A DNA stretch of 55,449 nt from positions 1 to 55,449 of the IMG/VR virus record IMGVR_UViG_3300042564_001643; one strand, given 5' to 3'. The notes under the pieces are model-generated. The model was not told the origin of the DNA. It ran no database searches and saw only the letters and a program-made list of their open reading frames with translations. Source of the stretch: a virus. Its lineage: Duplodnaviria; Caudoviricetes. Of this stretch, positions 38,593-47,674 are shown one piece after another. Positions within the stretch are counted from its first letter, which is position 1; every line of letters starts with the position of its first letter. A program made the translations under genes and the position numbers.

Positions 38593-40221
38593 TTAATCTG
38601 GATTGTACGGATTTGTAACTACAGGGAAACAATCTGTTTCACATCCATAAGTTTCAAATGTACACTCATTAGAACATCCTTCTAACCACTCATTAATTGT
38701 ATCTTCAAATGATATGTTATCACCATTTACAATGAACTCTAACATATATTGATCATTATCAAATGTAGATGATGGGTTGTTAAAGCGTGGTACATTGTGT
38801 AACAAATAGTATTTCGCATACAAAGCTGTACGGTCAATAACATTTACAATCTGATTTCCTTGAGTGATCTCACGGATACGGAAGTCACTAGAGAAGAAGT
38901 TTTGACGGTATTTCTCAGAAAGAATCAAATCACGTAAAACTGTTTCACCAAATCCATTTCCTTGTGTAGGCTCACATTCTGTAACTACACAGATTCCATC
39001 AAATGTACATGGATCTCCGTTTAAGTCAGTCTCAGATGCATATAAACGTACTGGCTCTTTTTCATAGAAGTCAGAAACTTGGAAAGTACAATCTCCAAAT
39101 CTAGTATCTACATAAGCACCATACAAAATCAATCCTGCACAAGCTCCATCAATATGTCCTGTTGATACATAACGATCCCAAGTATTTGTATTTGGTTGTC
39201 CAAATACATCTAAAGAGTTAGGAGCGTAGTAAACTGTTCCATCTTCAGCAATAACTACTGGAGAAATGAATGGAGAGATTAATGGAGAATCAATAATTTG
39301 TTGAGCCCATAGAATCATTACTTTAGTAGAATCAACCGGTAATGGTACAATTGCATTTGAAGGATTATTATCATTATCTGAACAACATCCTGTATAAGCA
39401 GAAACTGTTAAGTAAGCATTGTGATTTAAGAAACGTAATGCAGGAGAACCTTTAACATCTAAACGTAAGTTATAAGTTTCACCACATAAGAACTCTTTAC
39501 AACAATTTGCACCAATTCCTGCAGTAACAGTAAATGTAGGTTGAGCATTAGTGATTTCAGCAGGATCTACATAAGGAATTAACTCAGCTGAAGTAGTTAC
39601 AGTATCAGCTGTTACAAATCCAGTTCCACCGTTTGTAATTTGTACAAAAGTTACTTCATTATCAGTTACAGTAATTGTAGCAATTAATCCAGATCCTGTT
39701 GGAGCTGTAGTATCAACTAATGGAATGTCAGTATATACACCATCAACTAAACCAACTCCTGTAAGAGTAATTGCTAATTCAGTAACTTGATCTGTTGTGT
39801 ATGGAGTGTTACCAATGTGAATTACATTGTTAGACGGCTCACATGCAGCAACTCTATAGAATCTTGATACATAACGTGGGTTGATCATTTTAGACTTGTT
39901 AGTCTCTTGGTAACCACCATGAAAAGGTCCAATTTTGTCATTTGTATAAATTGATGAACCAGCAATGTATACATTACAGCAACTAGATGGTGTAATAGAC
40001 AAGTTTGTTTTTGGATCAAAGATTCCAAAATAACCATTTCTATAATCACCATACTGAGCTGTAGCGTACTCACGCATTTGATTCAAGATAAAAGAAGGCA
40101 ATCCTGTTGTTGTCAAGAATCCCTCATCTGTAGTAACTAGTCCGTTTTTCAACTGGACATCCTCTAAAGTTTGTCCTGTTCCCAAGAAAACTTTAGTAAA
40201 GGCATGATTAAAATAAGCCAT
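38593..40221 (-). CDS. Structural protein (542 aa), possibly auxiliary capsid/decoration protein
   Basis: Has its own promoter-like motif and a terminator, which suggests high expression. Beta-rich and Cys-containing. The function is inferred from context only. Confidence 0.5.
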   Translation of the reverse strand: MAYFNHAFTKVFLGTGQTLEDVQLKNGLVTTDEGFLTTTGLPSFILNQMREYATAQYGDYRNGYFGIFDPKTNLSITPSSCCNVYIAGSSIYTNDKIGPFHGGYQETNKSKMINPRYVSRFYRVAACEPSNNVIHIGNTPYTTDQVTELAITLTGVGLVDGVYTDIPLVDTTAPTGSGLIATITVTDNEVTFVQITNGGTGFVTADTVTTSAELIPYVDPAEITNAQPTFTVTAGIGANCCKEFLCGETYNLRLDVKGSPALRFLNHNAYLTVSAYTGCCSDNDNNPSNAIVPLPVDSTKVMILWAQQIIDSPLISPFISPVVIAEDGTVYYAPNSLDVFGQPNTNTWDRYVSTGHIDGACAGLILYGAYVDTRFGDCTFQVSDFYEKEPVRLYASETDLNGDPCTFDGICVVTECEPTQGNGFGETVLRDLILSEKYRQNFFSSDFRIREITQGNQIVNVIDRTALYAKYYLLHNVPRFNNPSSTFDNDQYMLEFIVNGDNISFEDTINEWLEGCSNECTFETYGCETDCFPVVTNPYNPD

Positions 40222-40242
40222 TGTGTTCTGTTTTAATTAATA

Positions 40243-40284
40243 AATATATACTTTAATATAGTAAAATAATTTAGTATTTCAAAA
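40243..40284 (-). promoter_or_regulatory. Putative promoter (TTTG-N19-TATATTAA)
   Basis: Intergenic, upstream of the 542-aa structural gene, with the same TATATT core. Confidence 0.55.
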
Positions 40285-40800
40285 TTATTTCAAGAATAAT
40301 AACTTGTACTTAGTAGAATTAATTGAATCCTTAACTAAATCTAAATTGTTAACAATCTCAGAGTATGGCATCATACCCTGTAATTTGTTAACCATGTTAT
40401 ACATATCTCTAAGATATTGTACACCATCAGCTACAGTGTCTAATGTTCTAATAGGCATATCCGTATAGCTTAAAAGTTTTTCAGCCACACCTTGATAACC
40501 TTCAACCAATGTATCTGCACTATCATGAAGACCCTCATAAAAATTTCCTAGAGCTTTGTGTGCTGCATAAGAACCATCCCCTTTAACTTTTAAGTGAAGT
40601 CTATGAAAACTTGTAGCAGCATTCATCATTTCTGTTGCACATGCAGCAGTCATTGTATCTAATGAGCTACCACCAACTCCAGTATTTGGAGTAGGTTTTG
40701 GTTTAGCAGATTCTTCTTTTGGTTGTGTAACAACAAGTTCAGGTCTACTTACAGTTTGTGTAGATGATGGATCTCTTTTTAGTATTCTAGGTTTTTCCAT
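40285..40800 (-). CDS. Ferritin/Dps-like four-helix protein
   Basis: FHRLHLKVKG..SYAAHKALGNFYEGL...D.LVE.YQG matches the Dps-like HW...H..L..Y...D..E pattern. Disordered N-terminal extension. Confidence 0.7.
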   Translation of the reverse strand: MEKPRILKRDPSSTQTVSRPELVVTQPKEESAKPKPTPNTGVGGSSLDTMTAACATEMMNAATSFHRLHLKVKGDGSYAAHKALGNFYEGLHDSADTLVEGYQGVAEKLLSYTDMPIRTLDTVADGVQYLRDMYNMVNKLQGMMPYSEIVNNLDLVKDSINSTKYKLLFLK

Positions 40801-40805
40801 TATTA

Positions 40806-41504
40806 TTAATTATTACGCTCTGAAGTTTGTGTACCTCTAGAGAATTGATTTACTGATTCAATATCACCTGCAATTATACTAGCAGCATCATCAAGAATTA
40901 CTTCAATGATATCATCTTTGAATTCACATAACACATTTGATGTAGACTCTTCTCCTGTGTATGGATCAATACATCCTTGTATTTGTATTCTTCTTGGTTG
41001 TCTGTAATATGTTATTGCTGTCTTGCTGATCTCAAAGTCATCATTAGTATAGATGTATACTTTGTTATTCTTAATAGTAGCAAATGTCTCTGCCCACGCA
41101 AAACTTGGTTTCTTACCATCATCTCTTAGTAATTGATTTATGTTAGCTTCTTCTGCTAAATAAATTGTCATACGTCTGTTATCACAGCATCCTTGTTTTG
41201 CATATGCATCAACTCTTTTCCACTGTAAGTAGTTTTCAGGAATAGCAATAGAATAAGCTATTTGCTCATTATTTGCAGGCAAATCAGTTGTAATAAGTAA
41301 AGCCTGAAGGTCATCAATTCTACGTGTAGATTGTTCATCACCTTCCTTAACTACATTAAGACCATGAAGTTGTCTTCTAGACCACTCAACTTGGGCTTTA
41401 TTAAATGCCTCAACTATTTGCCAACATTCAATGTTGTCATAGTCTTGGCTATCTAATTTATTAAGCCTTTGTTTAATCTTTATGGATATTACACTATTTT
41501 GCAT
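40806..41504 (-). CDS. Tail ring / head-tail connector protein
   Basis: LNKLDS...FNKAQ...RRIDDLQ.L...YYRQP pattern of crAss-like ring proteins. Synteny supports the call. Confidence 0.65.
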   Translation of the reverse strand: MQNSVISIKIKQRLNKLDSQDYDNIECWQIVEAFNKAQVEWSRRQLHGLNVVKEGDEQSTRRIDDLQALLITTDLPANNEQIAYSIAIPENYLQWKRVDAYAKQGCCDNRRMTIYLAEEANINQLLRDDGKKPSFAWAETFATIKNNKVYIYTNDDFEISKTAITYYRQPRRIQIQGCIDPYTGEESTSNVLCEFKDDIIEVILDDAASIIAGDIESVNQFSRGTQTSERNN

Positions 41505-41507
41505 TTC

Positions 41508-42047
41508 TTATCCTTTAACTCTTTTTAAACGTGGGTTAGCAGCTTTTGCTTTTGGACTAGCTTTACGTGTTGCTGAAGCTAAGATAGCTCCGGCAGCTTT
41601 TTTAGAAATTCCTTGCTTAGCTGCAATACCAGCTTGCACTGATTTGAAACCTGGATGAGCTGCTCCACCTTTTGCCATTTTAGTTTTAGTAGCTCCCCCT
41701 TTTTTCATTGGACCCATTCTTCTTTTGTATTGCTCAAAAGTTTCATCACTTGATGGTTGTCCTGATTCACTTCTCCAATTTTGTCCATATGTTTTTTCAT
41801 ATGCTTTTTCAAGTGTACCTTGATTTTTTGGATTCTTAGCAATAGGTTTCTTCGGAGCATCCCAAGTACTTTGAGGATACATTGTTTGCATTACCGTATC
41901 ACTAGCTACTGCTCCCGGTGTTTTCATATATTGTTGAAACGGTGTACCAGTAGAAGTTCCTGTCTGTGCTTTACGTAAAGGTTTTTTAACTCCACCTTTC
42001 TGCATCATAGGTTTTTTAGATGCAACTTTCTTTACAGTTTTTCTCAT
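41508..42047 (-). CDS. Lys-rich basic protein with xxGG linkers (putative core/DNA-condensing protein)
   Basis: Contains MQKGG, AQTG, MKKGG and MAKGG. The C-terminal module is HPGFKSVQ...PRLKRVKG. Confidence 0.6.
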   Translation of the reverse strand: MRKTVKKVASKKPMMQKGGVKKPLRKAQTGTSTGTPFQQYMKTPGAVASDTVMQTMYPQSTWDAPKKPIAKNPKNQGTLEKAYEKTYGQNWRSESGQPSSDETFEQYKRRMGPMKKGGATKTKMAKGGAAHPGFKSVQAGIAAKQGISKKAAGAILASATRKASPKAKAANPRLKRVKG

Positions 42048-42052
42048 GACAA

Positions 42053-42439
42053 TTATTTTCTTTTTCTAGCTCCTGCAATTCTATCAGCTGCAGTAGGTCT
42101 TGGGTTTTTATCAATTCCGGCTTTCACAGAAAGCATACCAAATGTAGATCCACCTTTCTTAAACTCAGATGGTCTTTGGTTAACACATCTACCTTCAGCA
42201 GATCTAACCATACCATTACGGCAAGAAGGTTGTACTGCACGGCTTGAACCACCTGTTTGCATTTTACCATATTGCCCTGATGTCCCCATGTTTTCTTGAG
42301 GCATACCAAACAAAGATACTTTAGCTTTACCTATTGCAGGTTTAGAAAGTATATTACCTCCTTTAGCCATTTTTTTAGGAGCGGTTCCTCCTTTAGAATA
42401 TTTAGTGCCTCCACATTTAGCACATCCCATTTTTGCCAT
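42053..42439 (-). CDS. Lys-rich basic protein with xxGG linkers
   Basis: Contains AKCGG, YSKGG, MAKGG, MQTGG and FKKGG. The C-terminal module is FGMLSVKAGIDKNP. Confidence 0.6.
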   Translation of the reverse strand: MAKMGCAKCGGTKYSKGGTAPKKMAKGGNILSKPAIGKAKVSLFGMPQENMGTSGQYGKMQTGGSSRAVQPSCRNGMVRSAEGRCVNQRPSEFKKGGSTFGMLSVKAGIDKNPRPTAADRIAGARKRK

Positions 42440-42451
42440 GATATATAAATT

Positions 42452-42874
42452 TTAACAATTCCATTTTCTTAAAGAAAGAGCCTTTCTAGTAGGTCTTCCT
42501 TTTTCATCCTTCATAGGTCCAGGCATACCTGACATCCTAGCACAGAATGATTTTCTTCTTTTAGCATCTTTACTACCTGCCTTTAATTTTGAAGGTTTAG
42601 TAGTCACAGCTGTCTGAAGTTTACTACCAGGATTAGCAGCTCTATATGAAGCTACTCCTTTTGCATTTAAACCTCCAGAAGGATTCTTACCTTCTTTTCT
42701 TGTCCAAGCAGGGGTACTACCACCTTTTTTCATCTTAGCAGTTTTAGCTGATTCAATGAAAGCTTTAGCAGTAGGTGCACCTTTAGTTCCAGGTTGTCTC
42801 ATTGACTCCCCGGAACCTGATGCTATTCTTTTTCTTTTAGCGTGGATATTGCTATATAAGCCAGCTTTCGCCAT
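42452..42874 (-). CDS. Basic two-module protein (GLYxNIHAKR module + AWTRKEGK...RRKSFCAR...WNC module)
   Basis: Two short basic modules that I recall from aquatic phage proteins (the second is DUF6321-like, from memory), joined by MKKGG. Confidence 0.6.
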   Translation of the reverse strand: MAKAGLYSNIHAKRKRIASGSGESMRQPGTKGAPTAKAFIESAKTAKMKKGGSTPAWTRKEGKNPSGGLNAKGVASYRAANPGSKLQTAVTTKPSKLKAGSKDAKRRKSFCARMSGMPGPMKDEKGRPTRKALSLRKWNC

Positions 42875-42875
42875 C

Positions 42876-43622
42876 TTAACATTTTTTACCTTTCATCATT
42901 CCACCCATCTTAGCTTTTGGAGTTGCTCCTTTTGGTGCAGTAGATGTACCACCTACACGTCCTTTAGCTACTTTAGATGCAGTAACTTTAGTATTAACAC
43001 CTGATTTAACTCCTTTAGAGCCTGCAGTTTTAATAGCAGAAACCTTAGCATTTGAGTTAACCATACCACCTGTTTTATATGCTGATAGTGATTTACTTGT
43101 ACCACCGTATTTAGCCATAGCTGGTTTTGGTGTTGAAGCTTCAGGACCTTTAGTTTTTGGTATTTTACTATCTACGTATTTTTTACTCATCTTAGGTGCA
43201 TACTTTGATACACCACCTTTTTGCATTTTTTTAACAGCACCCCCTTTTTTATAAACGGAACCCTTATTAAAATCTTCTGAAGAACGTATACCCTTTTCAG
43301 AATACATTCTATTTTTCATTTCCATTTCTATTGGATCATTACTAAAACCATAACCTGGATTAAAATTATCTGAATCATAATCTTTTGGTGCAGCTGGAAT
43401 ACGTACACTACTTGTTGATGGATACCAAGAGTCTAACCTGTCTGAATCAGATTCAGTCATTGGACCTGCTTTTCCACCTGCTTGTTTTTTAGCTAATGAC
43501 TTTTTCATTGTAGCTCCACCCATTTTCATCTTAGGACTATTAGCCTTTGCTACAGTTTTTTTAGCTCCTCCACTTTTCATCATGGACTTACCATACATAG
43601 CTTTTGAAAGTTTACTTTTCAT
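42876..43622 (-). CDS. Lys-rich basic protein with ~9 xxGG motifs
   Basis: Contains MKSGG, MKMGG, KQAGG, YKKGG, MQKGG, AKYGG, YKTGG, GRVGG and AKMGG. The composition is histone-H1-like. Confidence 0.6.
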   Translation of the reverse strand: MKSKLSKAMYGKSMMKSGGAKKTVAKANSPKMKMGGATMKKSLAKKQAGGKAGPMTESDSDRLDSWYPSTSSVRIPAAPKDYDSDNFNPGYGFSNDPIEMEMKNRMYSEKGIRSSEDFNKGSVYKKGGAVKKMQKGGVSKYAPKMSKKYVDSKIPKTKGPEASTPKPAMAKYGGTSKSLSAYKTGGMVNSNAKVSAIKTAGSKGVKSGVNTKVTASKVAKGRVGGTSTAPKGATPKAKMGGMMKGKKC

Positions 43623-43641
43623 TTTTACTTATTTTAATTAA

Positions 43642-44658
43642 TTAAGAGTTCCAAAGTTTTTCAATCTTGTTATTCAAATCCTTTAGAATATCCTCATTAA
43701 GTGGATTCTTTAAGTACTCAATAACATCAGATGTATTTCTTCCCATCATAGTACTTGACTGGTGATGATAAATATGTCCATCTGCCTTATTAACAATATA
43801 CTTAAAAAATATGGAATCTTTAACAATTGCTTTGATTTTTAATGTTTCCATATCTAAATTAGCAGCATCTAAGAAGCTTTGAGCAGCTCTTTCTCTGTTA
43901 CCTTCAGTACCCTCACCGTTGATGTGTCTATCCATATTATCATAGATAACATCATTAGGTGTATATTTTTTATATTGTACACTAGCTGTATCTACTGCCT
44001 TAGCAATGTAGAATAACTTAGTGCTGTTTTTATCAAACAATTTTTGTAGCTCAGAAAGAGCTTTGTTTTTAAGTTTTTTGTATTCAGTCTTAGCACCTGC
44101 TGTTTCTTGTGCTTTATCTAAATAAAACTTAGGTGGAACTGCTTTTGATCTTGCTTCATCATAGCTACGTGCTACTAATGAAAAACCTCCAGCTTCAATT
44201 GCATATAACTTGATTCTATCAAACGGATCATTATGATCTAAGAATGTAGGCTCATTAGCACAAGCAATTGTAATCTTATTCCAGAAATCTGAGTTATCTG
44301 GTCTAAGTAATTTTACATCATTCCAGAATGTAGCACTATCAATGTCTAATACATTGGCAGCCAATTCTCTTTCTAATTCTGCAACTGCAACACGGATCTC
44401 TTTGATCTTAGCAGCTTTTTCTTCTGGATCTTTAATAAGTCTGATATCTGGTGCAAACTCATTTAATCCTGTGATGTATTGGATCACTCCATTTTTTTCT
44501 AAACAAGCTAATTGTTCAGAGTGAATTACTCCATCAAATAATGATAATCCATAATTCTCTAAGCCCATGTTAGATACTGAATTATCAAAGTAAGGTTTAA
44601 TAGAAACATTAGTCTTTTTTGTGTCTCTAGTTTCTACCATTGTGAATGTACTTTCCAT
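43642..44658 (-). CDS. Conserved capsid-module protein downstream of MCP
   Basis: 338 aa immediately after the MCP, as in the conserved crAss-like capsid block. AAACCAACAA leader upstream. Confidence 0.55.
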   Translation of the reverse strand: MESTFTMVETRDTKKTNVSIKPYFDNSVSNMGLENYGLSLFDGVIHSEQLACLEKNGVIQYITGLNEFAPDIRLIKDPEEKAAKIKEIRVAVAELERELAANVLDIDSATFWNDVKLLRPDNSDFWNKITIACANEPTFLDHNDPFDRIKLYAIEAGGFSLVARSYDEARSKAVPPKFYLDKAQETAGAKTEYKKLKNKALSELQKLFDKNSTKLFYIAKAVDTASVQYKKYTPNDVIYDNMDRHINGEGTEGNRERAAQSFLDAANLDMETLKIKAIVKDSIFFKYIVNKADGHIYHHQSSTMMGRNTSDVIEYLKNPLNEDILKDLNNKIEKLWNS

Positions 44659-44689
44659 TTTGTTGTTGGTTTTTTATTATTGGTTTTTA

Positions 44690-44727
44690 AATAAAAAGAG
44701 AGAGCATCATTGATGACACTCTCTCTA
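44690..44727 (-). terminator. Rho-independent terminator after MCP
   Basis: Hairpin AGAGAGAGTGTCATC...ATGATGCTCTCTCT followed by TTTTATTT. Confidence 0.75.
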
Positions 44728-44738
44728 GTTTTGACATA

Positions 44739-46355
44739 TTAGAATGATCCACCAGTGATTGGATTTCTCATAACAATTTTCAAGACTTTAGTTGGATCTT
44801 TAACCCAAATAGCTGGCATTGTTTGAGACATCATTACACGGTAACCGTTGAATTGTCCTGAAGACTGGAACCCTTGAGTACGTCCCATATAATCCATTGT
44901 ACCATTTTGATACCACCATTTCAATTGATTATCCCAAGATAATTTCAACAAGTAAATGTTGTCATTAGTGTTATCTGTGATATCAAAGATAATGAATGAA
45001 TAAGAAGATAATGGGAAACCATCAATGATTGGGTTCTCAATATCATTTGTATGAACGTTGTCAAATGCTGGATTCAATACAAACTTAACGTTAGCCAAGA
45101 AAGGAATAACATAAGATGTATAAGCAAATCCAAAATTCAAGTCCATACCTTTACCAGTGATAGCACCGATATCAGCAGCCTGAATCAATAAACCTGAAGA
45201 GATAGCCTCACGTTTAATTGCCTCATTAACCATACGCATACCACCCATACCAGTTTGAACTACTAGAGAACGTTTTGGATCTGGACCTTGGAACTCAACT
45301 TTACCATTGAAGAAGTTGTAGATCTCTCCACGGAATAAATCCAATGTAAAGTTATTCTTGTTGTAGATACGTTTGAAAGAGTTATCCAACTGTTTCCAAA
45401 GACCCACTGACAATCTGATATCATCTGGACCATCTTGTTTAACACGTCCACCTTGTCCCCACATCAAGTAAGTCTCAATGTCAGATGCAATTTTGCTCAA
45501 GTGAGCAGCTTCCATGTTAGTTAAGAATGTACGTGACAAATCTCCGTTATCAAAAGCTTTCTTCACAGAATCTTTACCCATAACTTTTACCATGTCCTCT
45601 AAAGAGTTCACAGATGGATCAATGTTTTTATCGTATGTTCTCCAGATCTCAGTTACTGGAACTGTTCCGTCTGCATTCATTCCACCTTTAATCATCAAGT
45701 CAGCACGAGATGAGATAGAATAATGTACGTGAGCCTCAGCACCACCTACGTAGTTGTAGAACTCACGGAATCCTGCATTTGTAATGATGTCAGAGAAACG
45801 CTCTCCATACTCACCACGTGCAGAACCTTTACGGAAGATTTTTGTACCGTTAGCCAAGTACTTGTTATCCAAGTATTTGTAGTTGTCATTGTTTACCAAT
45901 TGAACAGTATAGATGAAACCATCACCAATAGGTAAGATATCATCTTGTGTAACGTACATCTCAACACCGTTGTACTTGTCATAAGTCAAGATATCACCGT
46001 GTCCAAACTCACGTTTGTTCAACTTGATTTTAAATGTTTGACCATCTACTCCTTTGAAGTCGTTAGCTGGTTCAATGTCTTCAACAATGTATGGAAGGTC
46101 AATAGAGACCGGAGTCTGCCATTTGTACTCTCCACGAGCATTGTCAACCATGATTACATTCTTTCCACCGAAAGATGACATCTGATAAAGAGGCATTTCT
46201 ACCTTTTGAGCCATAGCCCAAAGGTCCACCGGACCTAAGTCCATTGGTTCTGCATCCTTCAGCATGTTTTGTAAGTGATATGAATCCACGTGTGATGTTG
46301 CATTGTATGCAGTATCACGCAGGAATATACCATTGTTTAAAACTGGAGTTGCCAT
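44739..46355 (-). CDS. Major capsid protein (HK97 fold, crAss-like)
   Basis: 538 aa after portal and scaffold. IETYLMWGQG...VGLWKQL and TGMGGM motifs. Followed by a strong terminator, and its codon usage looks shifted toward C-ending codons. Confidence 0.85.
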   Translation of the reverse strand: MATPVLNNGIFLRDTAYNATSHVDSYHLQNMLKDAEPMDLGPVDLWAMAQKVEMPLYQMSSFGGKNVIMVDNARGEYKWQTPVSIDLPYIVEDIEPANDFKGVDGQTFKIKLNKREFGHGDILTYDKYNGVEMYVTQDDILPIGDGFIYTVQLVNNDNYKYLDNKYLANGTKIFRKGSARGEYGERFSDIITNAGFREFYNYVGGAEAHVHYSISSRADLMIKGGMNADGTVPVTEIWRTYDKNIDPSVNSLEDMVKVMGKDSVKKAFDNGDLSRTFLTNMEAAHLSKIASDIETYLMWGQGGRVKQDGPDDIRLSVGLWKQLDNSFKRIYNKNNFTLDLFRGEIYNFFNGKVEFQGPDPKRSLVVQTGMGGMRMVNEAIKREAISSGLLIQAADIGAITGKGMDLNFGFAYTSYVIPFLANVKFVLNPAFDNVHTNDIENPIIDGFPLSSYSFIIFDITDNTNDNIYLLKLSWDNQLKWWYQNGTMDYMGRTQGFQSSGQFNGYRVMMSQTMPAIWVKDPTKVLKIVMRNPITGGSF

Positions 46356-46388
46356 TGTTTATTTGTTTGTTAATTGTTACTATGTATA

Positions 46389-47651
46389 TTAAAATCTTCT
46401 AAAAATATTTCCTTGATTTCTGGAAATAGTTTTTTGTTGTGTTTTCTTTTGTGTGTATTCTTCTTCTTGAGGAGTAGAAGATGTAATCTTTCTTTGTTCC
46501 TCAGTCTTAAGTTGTCTTACTGCTTTTTCAGTAGCTACTTTACCACCTTGCTCTTTGATCTTACCTTTGTATCCATCAGGATCTGCAAGTAACCAAAGTG
46601 CTTCAGCAATAAGATCATGTCTTGGTTCTACAAACTGATACTTTTCTAACAAGTGTCCAAGTAAGTTTGTAGGTTTACCAGAAATTGAAGGGTAGTTAGG
46701 TTGAACTAATCCTGAGTAAAGCATCCCTTGAACTTTCTTATCAAGTTTTACTCCTCCGATTTCTCCACCCACAAGTGTGTTATATACGTTATCCATATAT
46801 ACCTTAGCTTGTTTTTCTTGCTTTTCTTTTCTTGCTTCTTGCTCAGCTAGTTGTCTTGCAACAATTTCTTCTTGCATTCTATCTAACTTAGGTTTGAACT
46901 GATTTGCTTTAGCTTCTAACTTTCCTAGATCTTTCCAGTCAGTAATTTCATCTTCAATCTCTTCAGAATTACCATCTCCGAATCCTGTAGCATACAAGTA
47001 TTGTCTAACAATTTCTTCTTGGTCATACTCATTAGTAGGATCAAGTTGAATCATTTCTTCTACATGTGCTAGAGTTCTGAATAATCCTTTAAGATCTTGT
47101 CCTCCGTCAGCTACATATTTTGCAGCAATCTGAAGCTCTTCAGGTAAAGCATTAAAGAATTCTTTTGGAACTGAACTTCTTACTTTAGCTTCTCTTTCTT
47201 GGAAGTTAGCTTCAAACAATTCACGGAAGTCTTTTGCTGTATACTCTTCTAATGGTTTGTCATCATCAAAAGGCATAAGTGTTCCTTCCTCAATCATCTT
47301 AGCAGCTAAATCAGCTAAGCCAGATTTGTCAACTTTAGGTCTACCACCTTTAGTTCCCGCCTCTTCTTCTTGAGTAATCAGTTGATCAAGTTCTGCAATA
47401 GTCTCTTCAACTTCTAATTTTTGCTCCGGTGTGGTTGGTGTCTTACCATCCTCCGGTTTGTCAATGAACGATAAATCTACATTGCCAGTATTTGTAAATA
47501 CTGTCTTTGTCTTTTCTTCTTCTTTCTTTTCAGAATCTGGTAGCATAATGCTCTCAGCTCCTGGCATTCCAAAGATTTCATCCAAATTTACATCTACCTC
47601 AGATACAGTTGTTGCATTGAGGTTCTGCGCACTTTCATGAGTGTCTGCCAT
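46389..47651 (-). CDS. Putative scaffold protein
   Basis: Acidic disordered N-terminus, helical body and basic C-terminal tip. Lies between portal and MCP. Confidence 0.65.
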   Translation of the reverse strand: MADTHESAQNLNATTVSEVDVNLDEIFGMPGAESIMLPDSEKKEEEKTKTVFTNTGNVDLSFIDKPEDGKTPTTPEQKLEVEETIAELDQLITQEEEAGTKGGRPKVDKSGLADLAAKMIEEGTLMPFDDDKPLEEYTAKDFRELFEANFQEREAKVRSSVPKEFFNALPEELQIAAKYVADGGQDLKGLFRTLAHVEEMIQLDPTNEYDQEEIVRQYLYATGFGDGNSEEIEDEITDWKDLGKLEAKANQFKPKLDRMQEEIVARQLAEQEARKEKQEKQAKVYMDNVYNTLVGGEIGGVKLDKKVQGMLYSGLVQPNYPSISGKPTNLLGHLLEKYQFVEPRHDLIAEALWLLADPDGYKGKIKEQGGKVATEKAVRQLKTEEQRKITSSTPQEEEYTQKKTQQKTISRNQGNIFRRF

Positions 47652-47674
47652 TGTTGTTGGTTTTTTGTTTGTTA

